A stretch of DNA of 54,639 nt from Nanobdellota archaeon (GTDB lineage Archaea; Nanobdellota; Nanobdellia; Woesearchaeales; DATGWN01). A model generated the notes under the pieces. The model did not search any database and was not told where the DNA came from. It saw nothing but the letters and a program-made list of their open reading frames with translations. The position numbers and the translations under genes are program-made. The stretch is taken from positions 1 through 54,639 of the forward strand of contig JBNJGI010000004.1 in NCBI GenBank assembly GCA_051819685.1, read 5' to 3'. Shown here piece by piece: positions 9,869 to 20,942 of the stretch (within the stretch, counting starts at the first letter, position 1; the number at the start of each line of letters is the position of its first letter).

Positions 9869-10672
9869 ATGATAATACAAAAAAATACATTAGAAAAACT
9901 TAAAGAATTCGGAATAAATAGTTATGAAGCAAAATTATGGGTTGCCCTATTATCAAGAGGTACATCTACAGCAGGAGAGCTTTCTGATATTTCTAATGTA
10001 CCAAGATCAAGGACGTATGATGTCTTAGAAAGCCTTGAAAAGAAAGGGTTTATTATAATGAAAATTGGGAAACCTATTAAATATCTTGCTGTTGATCCTA
10101 AAGAAGTCGTGAAAAGAGTTCAAAAAAATATCAAAAAAAATGCAGAAAATAGAGTTGAACAGATTGAAAGCATTAAGGACTCTGATGTATTAAATGAATT
10201 ATCTTTATTACATAATCAAGGGATTGATACAGTAGAGCCCTCTGAATATACAGGAAGTATGAAAGGAAGAGATAGCATTTATAATCAGCTTGAGGAAATG
10301 TTCAAGAGTGCTGAAGAATCAATCACTATTGTAACTACAGAAGAAGGTTTTAAAAGAAAAATTTCATATTTTGATGATATATTAAAGAAGGCAAATAAAA
10401 GAGGTATCGATATAAGGATAGCTACAAATAAAGTTGATGAAGAAATGCTTGATGAGATAGATTTTGCAGAAATTAGAGAAATAAAGAATATAAATTCAAG
10501 ATTCATAATAGTTGATAAAAAAGAAATACTTTTTATGTTGATGAATGATAATGAAGTTCATTCAAGTTATGACACTGGAATATGGATAAATTCTCCATTT
10601 TTTTCATCCGCAATTGAAGATTTGCTTGAAATAGCATGGAAAGAAATGAAATTATTAAAAAAAATGGCCTGA
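9869..10672 (+). CDS. TrmB family transcriptional regulator
   Basis: GINSYEAK...VPRSRTYDVLESLEKKG HTH followed by a PLD-like effector domain. Confidence 0.9.
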   Translation: MIIQKNTLEKLKEFGINSYEAKLWVALLSRGTSTAGELSDISNVPRSRTYDVLESLEKKGFIIMKIGKPIKYLAVDPKEVVKRVQKNIKKNAENRVEQIESIKDSDVLNELSLLHNQGIDTVEPSEYTGSMKGRDSIYNQLEEMFKSAEESITIVTTEEGFKRKISYFDDILKKANKRGIDIRIATNKVDEEMLDEIDFAEIREIKNINSRFIIVDKKEILFMLMNDNEVHSSYDTGIWINSPFFSSAIEDLLEIAWKEMKLLKKMA

Positions 10673-10679
10673 TATTTGT

Positions 10680-11636
10680 TTAAGGCCACACTCTTGTCTT
10701 ATATGTAGTGAATACTTCAGGAGATTGACCGCTTGCCGTAGTAACTACACCAGTCTTAGGAATAAGATTAATCTCATAAAGTGTATCCGTTTCCAATACA
10801 TGATCAGGTTTGACTTTAAATCTTACTAAAAGAAGTTCTCCTGGCTCGAAATTAGTATCTGTGTCCCCTATTTGAGGAGTTATACAATAATCATTTTCCG
10901 GCCTAAGCAGATCAAATGAGCATATGGAAGGATAATTCTTGATAGTTAATGTGAAATTTTGGTTATCTTCAGAATTATTTATTGCTGTACCACTTGTTCC
11001 GTTTATAGTACCATTTAAATCGACATAACCAAAAATATCATTATTATATTCTAAAGGAAGATCTGTTATTTCTAATTCTGTATTGCTTTCATCCAAATCA
11101 ACCCCTAAAGATTCAGTGAAACCTCCTGCTGTACTTAAGTTAAACTGAAGACATTCATAATTACCGCTACAGTTCCATAGCAATTTAACCTGATCCTTAT
11201 CATTATCTTCTTCATTATTATCCATGTTATAAACTTCTACAAAACTATTATTACCTATATAATCTATCTCTTGTGTAGAATAGCTATTACTATGGTCATG
11301 AGCTAAAGTAGCACTGAATGATTCCAGTCCCGAAACATACGTGAGCCCTACATTATTCAACTGTATTGTATCAGAGCCCGCTGCCAATCTAAGCATTGCT
11401 TCAAATTCACTTATAGTTTCAGCAGTAGTATCTGCGTTACCGATAATTTGAACAAATTCAAAACCAGTACCTACTCTAGCAATAGCTTCATTTGATACCG
11501 CTAAAGCTCTTTGCTGAAGAAGACCGGATGTTCTTATCAAGACACTAGCAGCTACACCTGCTACAAGAATCATAGCTATAAAAATAATTAGGGTTTCAAT
11601 ACCCATTACACCTTTTTTTCTTGATCGAAAAATCAT
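10680..11636 (-). CDS. flaB: Archaellin with a large central variable insert
   Basis: KKGVMGIETLIIFIAMILVAGVAASVL; start moved to ATG at 11636. Confidence 0.88.
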   Translation of the reverse strand: MIFRSRKKGVMGIETLIIFIAMILVAGVAASVLIRTSGLLQQRALAVSNEAIARVGTGFEFVQIIGNADTTAETISEFEAMLRLAAGSDTIQLNNVGLTYVSGLESFSATLAHDHSNSYSTQEIDYIGNNSFVEVYNMDNNEEDNDKDQVKLLWNCSGNYECLQFNLSTAGGFTESLGVDLDESNTELEITDLPLEYNNDIFGYVDLNGTINGTSGTAINNSEDNQNFTLTIKNYPSICSFDLLRPENDYCITPQIGDTDTNFEPGELLLVRFKVKPDHVLETDTLYEINLIPKTGVVTTASGQSPEVFTTYKTRVWP

Positions 11637-11724
11637 GATTTCCCACACTCTTTTATATATCCGAAGGACATTAAATAGGATAATGCTTAGTAACATTTAT
11701 AAATGTTTTGGATTTAAAAAAAAT

Positions 11725-12387
11725 ATGAAGGATTTAAACAGTTTTTTGAGAGATAGTAATAAAAAAGACAACGATAATTTATTGAATATAAAAGATCAAA
11801 ATATAGAAGATATAAAAGATCTTGACGAACTTAAGTCCATTTATTCAGAATGTTATAAGTGCCAAACACTTTCTTCTAGCAGGAACAATGTTGTTTTCGG
11901 ATATGGTTCTAAGAAAAATTGCAAAATTCTTATAATAGGGGAAGCTCCGGGAAAAAAAGAAGATGAACTGCAAAAACCTTTTGTTGGAAGAAGCGGGAAA
12001 TTACTTGATAAATTATTGGAAGAAATAGGCCTTAGCAGAGAAAAAGATATATACATAACTAATACTGTGCTTTGCAGACCTCCCAACAACAGAGATCCTA
12101 AAAAAGAAGAATTAGAAAACTGCAGAAAGAGACTTGATTCACATATAAGATTGCTGAATCCCGAAATAATAGTCACATTAGGTAATTTTGCTACAAAATA
12201 CATCCTTAAAACCAAAGAAGGTATAACAAAACTTAGAGGTAATGTAATTAAAAAACAATTTAATGATAAAGATGTCAAAGTTATACCTATACCTCATCCT
12301 GCAGTTATTCTTTACAATGGAAGCTCTGAAAAGATAATGAATCAGTTTAGAGTTGATTTTAATCTCATTAAAGAAAATCTAAGCTAA
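11725..12387 (+). CDS. udg: Family 4 uracil-DNA glycosylase
   Basis: CYKC, GEAPG, PFVGRSG, CRPPNNRDP, HPA; start moved to ATG at 11725. Confidence 0.92.
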   Translation: MKDLNSFLRDSNKKDNDNLLNIKDQNIEDIKDLDELKSIYSECYKCQTLSSSRNNVVFGYGSKKNCKILIIGEAPGKKEDELQKPFVGRSGKLLDKLLEEIGLSREKDIYITNTVLCRPPNNRDPKKEELENCRKRLDSHIRLLNPEIIVTLGNFATKYILKTKEGITKLRGNVIKKQFNDKDVKVIPIPHPAVILYNGSSEKIMNQFRVDFNLIKENLS

Positions 12388-12513
12388 AAATTAATATCTA
12401 ATATCTATATAAATGTTATAATCGCAATATTTATATATGTGAAATCAATCCATTTTGTAACTACTTAATAATGTTGTAACATTGTTTTAATAAAAAAGTT
12501 TATGGGGTAAAAA

Positions 12514-14301
12514 ATGAAAAATAAAATAATAATGACAATTTTTGGGGTAATGCTTGTAATGCTTTCTAGTATGGTATTTGCTTCAATTGAAATAGATGGG
12601 CCAACTGATGATGAAATTATTTATGGTCAAGAATGGAATGGAGCTGAATTTACAGCAGACAATACATCTGCACCTATCGACACATGGTGGGTGAATGATG
12701 AAGATAATTTTGAAATAGATCAAGACGGATTTTTAAACTGGACAGAAGAATTAAGTGTTGAAAGTTATTCTGTTGAAATTTCTGTAAACGATACTGATGG
12801 GAACAAAAATTCAACTGATTTTGAATTAGTTGTTAAAGAAGATATTATTGTAGAAGGCGAACATAAAGATGAATCTGAGGCAGTTAAAAGAAGCAACCCA
12901 CTTCCAGAAGGAAGCGATGAAGAAGAATTAGACGATGAAGATGAACTCGAATATGCTAAATTTGAAATTTCTGTGACCGCTCCGGAAGATAGATCTGTTG
13001 AAATAACAGATATAGAATTTGATTTACCAAGTGGTTTCAGTAAAAGCGATTATAATTTTGATTCAGATTTTGAAGATACTGAAATTGTAAAAACTCCGCA
13101 ATTACCGATAAAAATTGAAAGTGGTGAATCAGATGATATTGATATAGAAATTTTAATACCCTTTGATTTAGATGCTGTTGACAGCAATGGGAAGTGGATT
13201 GAATATTCAGTTGATTTTACAGTTGATACATCAGAAGGAGATAAAAAAGCATCACTAAAATACTATGTAGAAAATGGAATTGAAGCAGATAAATTTGAAA
13301 TTGTAACTGAAGATGGTACTTATAATTGTGATTATGATGATCTTTGGGATACTACATTAGATTGTGATGATGAAGTGGAAGAACTTCCTATTGGAAAAGA
13401 TTTTGATGTTACATTCGTTTTAGAAAATATATTTGATCGTGATTCAGACATTGATCTTGATGATATAGAAATAACAATTGATACAGATAATAGAGATGTT
13501 GAAGCGGATGACGATAATTTTGATGTTGATGTAGATGCGGATGATGAAGAAACAGTAACAATAACTTTTGAAGTTGATGAAGATGTTGAAGATGGAGATG
13601 AAGTAACAATTGAAATTCAAGGTGAAGTAGAAGATGAAAATGGAGCAAAACATGGATTTTATTATGAATTTGATGTTGAGTTTAAAGTTCCAAGATACAA
13701 AGTAAGCATGGAAGACCTTCGTGTAAACCCTGATGTAGTGTGTCCAGGTGATTATACTTTTGTATCTTTTGAAGTAATCAATGAAGGTGAGGAAGATCAA
13801 GATAATTTACGATTCCTTATTGAGGATACAGTTCTTGGATGGAGCAAATCAGGTAGCAGATTTCAGCTTGAAGGAGCTGATGATGGAGATTTCGAAGAAG
13901 AAAATGTCGAAGTAAGACTACAGGTTCCTGAAGATGCTGAACCAAGAACATATGCTCCAAGTGTAAATTTATATTACGAATCTGATGATGATGATGATGA
14001 ACAAATGTTTGAAACATTCAACTTTGTTGTAGAAGATTGCGGAACTACAGAAACCGAAGATGAGGAAGAAGAAACTCAAAATGAAGATACCGGAATCGTA
14101 GTTGATAATCAATCAGGTCAAGCAGCGACGAATGATAGTGTTTCAGTAGATGATCAACAGGATGTATCTACTGATGAAACTGTAGCAGTAGCTCAACCTG
14201 AAAGTGATAATGATGCGCTTTTCATCGGTGGAATGATTGTACTCATAGTTATATTGTTAGCAGCAGTCATCTCAATGGTCTTTGTAATATTGAGGAAATA
14301 A
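12514..14301 (+). CDS. Very acidic secreted, membrane-anchored surface (S-layer-like) protein
   Basis: Signal peptide (SMVFA), D/E-rich beta-sandwich-like segments, low-complexity linker, C-terminal TM followed by RK. Confidence 0.75.
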   Translation: MKNKIIMTIFGVMLVMLSSMVFASIEIDGPTDDEIIYGQEWNGAEFTADNTSAPIDTWWVNDEDNFEIDQDGFLNWTEELSVESYSVEISVNDTDGNKNSTDFELVVKEDIIVEGEHKDESEAVKRSNPLPEGSDEEELDDEDELEYAKFEISVTAPEDRSVEITDIEFDLPSGFSKSDYNFDSDFEDTEIVKTPQLPIKIESGESDDIDIEILIPFDLDAVDSNGKWIEYSVDFTVDTSEGDKKASLKYYVENGIEADKFEIVTEDGTYNCDYDDLWDTTLDCDDEVEELPIGKDFDVTFVLENIFDRDSDIDLDDIEITIDTDNRDVEADDDNFDVDVDADDEETVTITFEVDEDVEDGDEVTIEIQGEVEDENGAKHGFYYEFDVEFKVPRYKVSMEDLRVNPDVVCPGDYTFVSFEVINEGEEDQDNLRFLIEDTVLGWSKSGSRFQLEGADDGDFEEENVEVRLQVPEDAEPRTYAPSVNLYYESDDDDDEQMFETFNFVVEDCGTTETEDEEEETQNEDTGIVVDNQSGQAATNDSVSVDDQQDVSTDETVAVAQPESDNDALFIGGMIVLIVILLAAVISMVFVILRK

Positions 14302-14401
14302 ATCCTTTTTTTTTTATTTTTAATAATTTTTTTTGATAAATCTAACACAATGTCATTTTTTCAGGTAAACTTACAAAAATGAACTATTTAGTTCTTCAAG
14401 T

Positions 14402-14499
14402 AAATTTGATTTAATTTGTTCTTCTGTAAATCATTTAACTTCTTATCACAAATACAAGAATTATTTCAAACTAATATCAATACTAATTTTATTTTATGT
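14402..14499 (+). repeat. Degenerate copy of dispersed repeat family A
   Basis: Aligns essentially without gaps to ~35955-36052. Confidence 0.7.
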
Positions 14500-14616
14500 C
14501 ACTTTTTTAAAAGTTATAATTTATTTTTTATTTGTTACTGCTGTTATTTATCATTTTTATGCAATATTCCATATTACTTTTAAATGAATCAGAACTTCTA
14601 AAATTTCGAAGTTACG

Positions 14617-15861
14617 ATGTTAAAAAAAATAGCCCATTTTCAGGTAAACCACCCATATATAACATTATTAGTTATATTATCAATAACTTTAGTTATGCAA
14701 GGAGGTGTATCTTCTGTAAGAACAGTTGCATCACTTGAAAAAATGATGCCCACAGATGTTGAAGAAATAGAAGCCTTTAATAGGTTGAGAGATAATAATA
14801 TGGGTAAGGATATAATAGCTGTTATCATTGAATTGGACAGGAATTCTTCAATAAAAGGAAATAATGATATAAGGAATTATGAAGTATATGATTATATAAA
14901 GGGTGTTTCAAAAGATCTTTATAAGGAACCTGATGTCAACAAGATACATTCTTTTGCACCTTTTATACCTGAAAATACTACAAAAAATGATTATTTAAAT
15001 AAAATAAGGATGATGGAAGAAAAAACTTCACAATTCATAAGCAACGATTATACAACGACAATGATACTTATAACTACAGATATAAGTGCAGATGATTCAA
15101 GAATGAATTCATTAGCAAGTAAAGTGAAAAAAATAGTTGATGATCATGGAAAGCCCTCGTCTACAAAAATAAAACTTACAGGTACACCAATAGTTCAACA
15201 AAAGCTCGGCGAACTGATTGGAAAAGATAGGAAAAACACAAAAAACATATCCACGCTACTTGTTTTTATAATAACAGCCATTCTTTTCGGAACTTTGACA
15301 AGCGCTCTTGTACCGATAATTGTGGTTACTATAAGTATAACTTGGCTTTATGGCATTATGGGATATTTTAATCTTCCTATATCCACTCTTGCAGGAGGTG
15401 TGGCGGCAATGGTTATAGGTATCGGTATAGATTATTCAATACATTTGATGAACAAATTCAAGAATGAACGGAAAAAAAACTTATCGATTAAAGATGCGAT
15501 TGAATCGGCATTGCAAAATACAGGAAATGCATTGACAGGAGCTGCTTTTGCTACAATTATAGCTTTTCTGGCTTTCCTTTTTGGTAAAATGCCTGAGATG
15601 AATCGATTTGGATTATTGATGGCAATAGGAGTAGGTTCTGCTTTCATACTATCTATGTTCGGTTTGCCTGCTTTGTTAATAATTGAAGAAAAGATAATAC
15701 ACAAGATAAGGAAAGGAATAAGTTTCGGAGTTGAAGGGGAATATCATCTTTATGGGAAAGATGAAATCCATCCTGATGATTGCATAGAAGAATACCCTTC
15801 TAAAAATGAACTAGAATCCTTGAAAAAAGATTATAAAATAGTCAGGAGGAAGAAAAAATGA
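14617..15861 (+). CDS. MMPL/RND family transporter (half-size)
   Basis: TM plus extracellular domain, LTGTP, GIGIDYSIH. Confidence 0.88.
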   Translation: MLKKIAHFQVNHPYITLLVILSITLVMQGGVSSVRTVASLEKMMPTDVEEIEAFNRLRDNNMGKDIIAVIIELDRNSSIKGNNDIRNYEVYDYIKGVSKDLYKEPDVNKIHSFAPFIPENTTKNDYLNKIRMMEEKTSQFISNDYTTTMILITTDISADDSRMNSLASKVKKIVDDHGKPSSTKIKLTGTPIVQQKLGELIGKDRKNTKNISTLLVFIITAILFGTLTSALVPIIVVTISITWLYGIMGYFNLPISTLAGGVAAMVIGIGIDYSIHLMNKFKNERKKNLSIKDAIESALQNTGNALTGAAFATIIAFLAFLFGKMPEMNRFGLLMAIGVGSAFILSMFGLPALLIIEEKIIHKIRKGISFGVEGEYHLYGKDEIHPDDCIEEYPSKNELESLKKDYKIVRRKKK

Positions 15862-16967
15862 ATATTTTTGAAAAAACAGGAGAGAAGCTTGCAAGAGTCC
15901 AGGAAAAAAAACCAAAATTATTCATCCTGCTTATGCTATTATTGATTATAGGTTCATTACCAGGACTTCCACTTTTATTAGATAATATAGAACCTTCCTT
16001 AGAAAAAATCTTACCTCAAAAAGTTCCTGAAGTTGAAACTATGAATGATATGCGGGACAAATTCGGAGCAGATATGATGTATATAATAATTTCAACAGAA
16101 GGACCATCATATGATATACTTAACCCTGAAGTCATAAAATACATGGATCTGTTAGCGAATAGACTTAAAGATAAAGAATACATTCTTCAGGTAAATAGTA
16201 TATCTGAAATCATTAAAGCTAGTAATAAAGGTGAAATACCTTTATCTGTTGAAAAAATAAAAAATATAGTGAGACAAACCCCACAATCTTCTCAATTCAT
16301 TAACAATGACAGAACTTTAGGTATTTTGCAGATAAGATCAGACACTGGTGCTGAATCAGAGATTATATCACATACTATGGAAGAGATTGAATCTGAAATA
16401 TCTGCGACTGAAAATTCAAATCCTGGCGTAAATGTTAAGATAACGGGATTCAACGCGATAGACAAAGCTACATTCGATATAATAATAAAAGATTTTGCTA
16501 AAATCACAGGAATTTCGTTCGTTTCGATGTTTTTATTCCTTTTTATATATTTCAGGAACTGGAAAAAGGTTTTCAGTTCTATAAGTGTGATAATAATGAG
16601 CGTAATAATGACATTAGGTATAACAGGGTATATAGGTCTTACAATAACTGTAGTGACTATGGTTGCAGCTGCAATGATTATGGCTCTTGGTATATCATAT
16701 GGTATAAATGTGATACATGAGTATTATGCGATAAAAAAAGAAATAGGGAAGAAAAATGTTTTGGAGAATCTAAACAAAAATATAATAAGAGCCCTTATAG
16801 GTTCTTCATTGACAACAAGTGCAGGTTTTTTAGCTCTTCTTTTTGGTATAATACCAGCTATGAAAAATCTTGGAATCGTTTTGGCTCTTGGCATAATAAT
16901 AACGCTAATGGTAAGTATATTTATCTTACCTGTAATAATATACAGTCTAGATAAGGAGGTAATTTAA
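15858..16967 (+). CDS. MMPL/RND family transporter (half-size)
   Basis: ALGISYGIN, SSLTTSAGFLALL; coupled to upstream paralog. Confidence 0.88.
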   Translation: MNIFEKTGEKLARVQEKKPKLFILLMLLLIIGSLPGLPLLLDNIEPSLEKILPQKVPEVETMNDMRDKFGADMMYIIISTEGPSYDILNPEVIKYMDLLANRLKDKEYILQVNSISEIIKASNKGEIPLSVEKIKNIVRQTPQSSQFINNDRTLGILQIRSDTGAESEIISHTMEEIESEISATENSNPGVNVKITGFNAIDKATFDIIIKDFAKITGISFVSMFLFLFIYFRNWKKVFSSISVIIMSVIMTLGITGYIGLTITVVTMVAAAMIMALGISYGINVIHEYYAIKKEIGKKNVLENLNKNIIRALIGSSLTTSAGFLALLFGIIPAMKNLGIVLALGIIITLMVSIFILPVIIYSLDKEVI

Positions 16968-16968
16968 A

Positions 16969-18189
16969 ATGAAAAAAACAATATTGATTATATTAATGAT
17001 GATCGGAATTCTTGTTCCGAACGCTTTTGCGGCATTGAAACTTGATGATGTTCAGTTCGATCCTGCTATAATTGCAGCAGGGGATGAAGTAGATATTATA
17101 GTACAGTATCATGATAAGTTCATTAAGAACAATGAGATAAAAGAAGGTAACCCTGAATATAAATTTAAAGTTTGGCTTGAACCTTCAGATACTAATTCAG
17201 AAAAATATCTTGAATTTTTTGATAGTGAAGGAGAAAACGAAGCTAATATAATTTTCAGGGGAAAATATTATAACGAGGTATTTAGAGTTAAAGTAAGTCA
17301 TGACGCCCCTGCTGGAAATTATGAATTAGATCTGGTCGGGCAATGGTACAATAATGGAATACCTGAAGAAAGTAAAATGAAAATAGATTTTGCAATGCCT
17401 GTCAAAAAAGAAGGTATAATTTTAGGTGTGGGTAATGTAATATCTGATCCTCCTGAAATCAGATCAGGTGATGATTATGTCAAACTAACAACCCATGTAG
17501 AGAATGTCGGAGAAAAAGATGCTAAAAATATAGAATTAGGATTGGAAACACCTGATGGTATTGAATCTTCATATTCTAATGATAACAGGATCTGGGTTGG
17601 AAGGTTGGAATCAGGTCAAAGTAAAAAAGTTAATTTTTTTATAGATGTTGATGAAAAATTGAAAAGCGGTTCATACGATATAAGTTATGATTTTGAGTAT
17701 ATGGATATAGATGAAAATGAACACAATAAAAAAGAAACTATACCTATAGTTATAAAACCAAGTCCTGAAATAGAAGTAATAAAAAGCAAAGGAATTATAG
17801 CTGCAGGTAAGAAAGGAGAACTTGAAATTACTGTAAAAAATACAGGAGAAGAAAGTGCAGAATCTGTAGATGTAAGACTTTTATTACAGAATTCTCAACC
17901 ATTCGAACTTGATGTCAGAAGTGATTATATAGGTGAACTTAAACCTGGAGAAAAAGGAACAGCGGTTTTTGATATGAAAGTAAAAAGTGATGCTGTGCAA
18001 AAAAAACACAATCTTAAAACTCTGATAAGATCAAAAGGTGATAGTGATGAAGGTGATGATAATATATATACATTCAATAGAAGGGCAGAACTTGAAGTTT
18101 CTGGGAAGAAAACAAACTGGATGATGTATGGAGGAATCTCTTTGTTATTACTTACAGGAATTGCATTTGCTATAAGGAGGATAAAATGA
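16969..18189 (+). CDS. COG1361 S-layer-domain protein
   Basis: Signal peptide, repeated NxGxxxA...GxLxPGE modules, C-terminal TM; typical neighbour of archaeal RND genes. Confidence 0.8.
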   Translation: MKKTILIILMMIGILVPNAFAALKLDDVQFDPAIIAAGDEVDIIVQYHDKFIKNNEIKEGNPEYKFKVWLEPSDTNSEKYLEFFDSEGENEANIIFRGKYYNEVFRVKVSHDAPAGNYELDLVGQWYNNGIPEESKMKIDFAMPVKKEGIILGVGNVISDPPEIRSGDDYVKLTTHVENVGEKDAKNIELGLETPDGIESSYSNDNRIWVGRLESGQSKKVNFFIDVDEKLKSGSYDISYDFEYMDIDENEHNKKETIPIVIKPSPEIEVIKSKGIIAAGKKGELEITVKNTGEESAESVDVRLLLQNSQPFELDVRSDYIGELKPGEKGTAVFDMKVKSDAVQKKHNLKTLIRSKGDSDEGDDNIYTFNRRAELEVSGKKTNWMMYGGISLLLLTGIAFAIRRIK

Positions 18190-18371
18190 AAGCAGATAAT
18201 ATGGTGAAACTTATTGCAGGGATTTTTATAACGCTCTCTGCTTTTTTTGGTTTTTTTAATGAATACTGGTTGATTATCACAATTTTTATAGGTATAAACT
18301 TATTCCAATACAGTATAACAGGATTTTGTCCTATGAAAATGTTGCTTTTAAAATTAGGTATGAAAGAATGA
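18186..18371 (+). CDS. DUF2892 (YgaP-like) small membrane protein
   Basis: GINLFQYSITGFCPM motif. Confidence 0.85.
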   Translation: MKADNMVKLIAGIFITLSAFFGFFNEYWLIITIFIGINLFQYSITGFCPMKMLLLKLGMKE

Positions 18372-18721
18372 TAGATTTTGCATGTAAAGAATTCAGGATT
18401 GATGAGATAATTAAATGTGGTCTCGGTTTGACAAGAGCTGAGCTTGCAATACTTTATTTTATTATTGAACAGGAAGATTGGTTTGATTCTAAAGAGATTG
18501 CTGAAAAACTTGGGAAGGATAGTTCTACAATACAGAGAGCCTTGAAGAAATTTTATCAAAATAATCTTGTCAAACGAAGACAGATAAACCTCGAAAAAGG
18601 AGGGTATGCTTTTGCTTACATTTCAGAAGATAAAAGACAAATTAAAAACATACTTGAAGATATAATTGAAAATTGGACGGATAAAGTAAAACTAGAACTT
18701 AGAAAATGGTCTTCAAAGTAA
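18368..18721 (+). CDS. Winged-HTH transcriptional regulator (TrmB/MarR-like)
   Basis: MIDFACKEF..IIKCGLGLT...EIAEKLGKDSSTIQRAL; start moved to ATG at 18368. Confidence 0.8.
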   Translation: MIDFACKEFRIDEIIKCGLGLTRAELAILYFIIEQEDWFDSKEIAEKLGKDSSTIQRALKKFYQNNLVKRRQINLEKGGYAFAYISEDKRQIKNILEDIIENWTDKVKLELRKWSSK

Positions 18722-18783
18722 TTTAGTAATTTCATATACTAAAACATGATAAAAATTATAAAAGGTTATTACATTAAAAACTT

Positions 18784-20250
18784 ATGACTGGTAAAAAAAA
18801 TAATAAAGGGTTTTATAAGTTTGATAAATTTGAGAAAAAAAATATACCAAATCTAAGATATGGGATGATACATTCACAGTTCGGTTATCCTGATGGTGTT
18901 TCTATTGTAATGAAGCAGGTTGAACATGTAATGGTGAATGACTTAGAGATTCCTAAGAAAAATATTTTTTATCTTGTAGGGAAAAGTAAAGTCAAGAACC
19001 CATATGTGATAAGAAGAGATATTCTTTGGGATGGTAATAGCACTAATAAGGTTATGCTTAAGAGGTTTAGTGAAGGTTATGGTGGTCAATATAATGAGAA
19101 GATTGAAAAATCTATAGAAGCTGCAAAAGATCACATAAAAAATTTTGTAGAAAAGAAGAAAATAGATATTCTTATTGTCCATAACGCATCTCTCCCAGTT
19201 AATTTTATTTCTTCTATCGCGCTTTCAAGATATTATAGAGATAGTATAAAAGAAAATAAAAAAACACCTAAATATATACTTTGGTGGCATGATGCTCATA
19301 CTGAAAGACAAGAATATAAAAATCCTTCATCTGATGTTTATGAATATCTTATAGAAGGCGTTCCTGGAAAATATGTAGAGTATATACTTTTTATTAATAG
19401 CACTCAATTTTCCAGTGCTGAGGAATATTTTCTTGATCTTGATAAAAGACAGCCAGGATATTATAAAGCAATTGATTTTAACCACGATATTGTGTATAAT
19501 ACTACTGATACTTTCATAGATAGTTATGAGGATCTTAATTCTGATAATCTTGAAAGAAGGATTAGCCATTTTCTTGATGATTTCAAGATTCCACAACATC
19601 TAGAAAATAAAGGTCTTTCTCTGAAAGATGCTTTTTTCGTGCTTCAGCACACAAGAGTTGTTCCGAGAAAAAGGATAGATTTCGCTCTTAGATATTGTTT
19701 TGAACTTTATAAAAAACTATGTAAAGGAAAAAACAGTTATAAAGCCATGTATTTTTTTGTCTCAGGACATACTGGATATAAGTCTAAAAGAACAAGAAGG
19801 AAATTGCTTCTTTTGCATAAAAGACTGCTTAAAGAATACGGTTATAAAAACCTTTATCTTGTTTTTGCTGAAGATTGTAAAACAGATATAAAATTTGAAG
19901 AATATCCTCGTATTTTTGCGAAATTAGGAGGTATTTCTACTTATTTCAGTGAAATTGAAGGGTTTGGAAACAATCTTCTTGAAGTACTTGCTTCAGGATT
20001 GATTCCTGTTGTATATACTTATCCTGTTTTTAAGAAAGATATTGCAAAATTTAAATTCAAAACAATATGTTTAAATAAATTTGAAATAGATGAAGATTCT
20101 ATAAATAAGACGTATGATGTAATAAAAAATAAAAGAAAAAGAAAAATATGGGTTAACAGGAACTTGAAAATACTTAAGAAAAACTTTAAACATCAAATTA
20201 TAGCAAGAAAACTTAAAAGAGCTATTATAAGAAGAAGGCTACACAAATGA
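18784..20250 (+). CDS. GT-B glycosyltransferase (GT4-like; resembles mannosylglucosylglycerate synthase family)
   Basis: DGVS, HNASLPVN, TRVVPRKRID, EGFGNNLLE. Confidence 0.75.
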   Translation: MTGKKNNKGFYKFDKFEKKNIPNLRYGMIHSQFGYPDGVSIVMKQVEHVMVNDLEIPKKNIFYLVGKSKVKNPYVIRRDILWDGNSTNKVMLKRFSEGYGGQYNEKIEKSIEAAKDHIKNFVEKKKIDILIVHNASLPVNFISSIALSRYYRDSIKENKKTPKYILWWHDAHTERQEYKNPSSDVYEYLIEGVPGKYVEYILFINSTQFSSAEEYFLDLDKRQPGYYKAIDFNHDIVYNTTDTFIDSYEDLNSDNLERRISHFLDDFKIPQHLENKGLSLKDAFFVLQHTRVVPRKRIDFALRYCFELYKKLCKGKNSYKAMYFFVSGHTGYKSKRTRRKLLLLHKRLLKEYGYKNLYLVFAEDCKTDIKFEEYPRIFAKLGGISTYFSEIEGFGNNLLEVLASGLIPVVYTYPVFKKDIAKFKFKTICLNKFEIDEDSINKTYDVIKNKRKRKIWVNRNLKILKKNFKHQIIARKLKRAIIRRRLHK

Positions 20251-20582
20251 CAAAATCCATCAAAAAACCATGGGGAAATGAAAAACAATTTTCAGAAAAT
20301 GAGAAAACTACTGTGAAAATTCTTACAGTTCTTCCAGGAAGACCTTTAAGTCTTCAATATCATGATAAAAGAAGAGAGGTCTGGAGAGTTCTTGATGGAG
20401 ATTGTAAAATCATTATTGGTGAAAAGGAATTTGCAGGTAAAAAAGATAAAGAGTTCAGAATTCCTAAAAAGACAAGACACAGAATAATTGGCGGTAAGAA
20501 CACTGCAAAAATATTGGAAATATCTTATGGAACTTATGATAAAGATGATATTGTAAGAATTGAAGATAAGTATAAAAGATGA
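20247..20582 (+). CDS. Cupin, mannose-6-phosphate isomerase type II C-terminal domain
   Basis: KPWG, LSLQYH..RREVW, HRI, LEISYG, DIVRIEDKY. Confidence 0.88.
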   Translation: MTKSIKKPWGNEKQFSENEKTTVKILTVLPGRPLSLQYHDKRREVWRVLDGDCKIIIGEKEFAGKKDKEFRIPKKTRHRIIGGKNTAKILEISYGTYDKDDIVRIEDKYKR

Positions 20583-20935
20583 AAAAACAATTAGATCAAG
20601 TTAGGGAATTTCATAAAAAGTTCAAAGTACTTATTTCAGAAAAACCTTCATTGATACCAGAAGACAGATCTGAGAATAGATATTGTTTAATGAAAGACGA
20701 GGTTGAAGAATATCTTAAAGGAGTTAAAAACAAAGATATGGAAAATGTTGCTAAAGAGCTAGCAGATATACTTTATGCAGTTTACGGTACAATTTTAGAA
20801 CATGGATTACAAAATAAAATGGAAGAAATATTTAGTGAGGTCCATAACTCAAATATGAGTAAGGAATATCATAAATATAAAATGATCAAGGGCTCTAATT
20901 ATTTTAAAGCAAATGTAAAAAAATTCTTAAAATAA
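20579..20935 (+). CDS. MazG-like / PRA-PH family NTP pyrophosphohydrolase
   Basis: VREFH..F, EVEEY, KELADILY, EVHNSNMSK. Confidence 0.85.
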   Translation: MKKQLDQVREFHKKFKVLISEKPSLIPEDRSENRYCLMKDEVEEYLKGVKNKDMENVAKELADILYAVYGTILEHGLQNKMEEIFSEVHNSNMSKEYHKYKMIKGSNYFKANVKKFLK

Positions 20936-20942
20936 AAAAATT

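Noticed and set aside
14617-18721. RND pair + COG1361 + DUF2892 + HTH operon as a novel system
   Set aside because: RND/COG1361 pairing is a common archaeal arrangement; listed as features only
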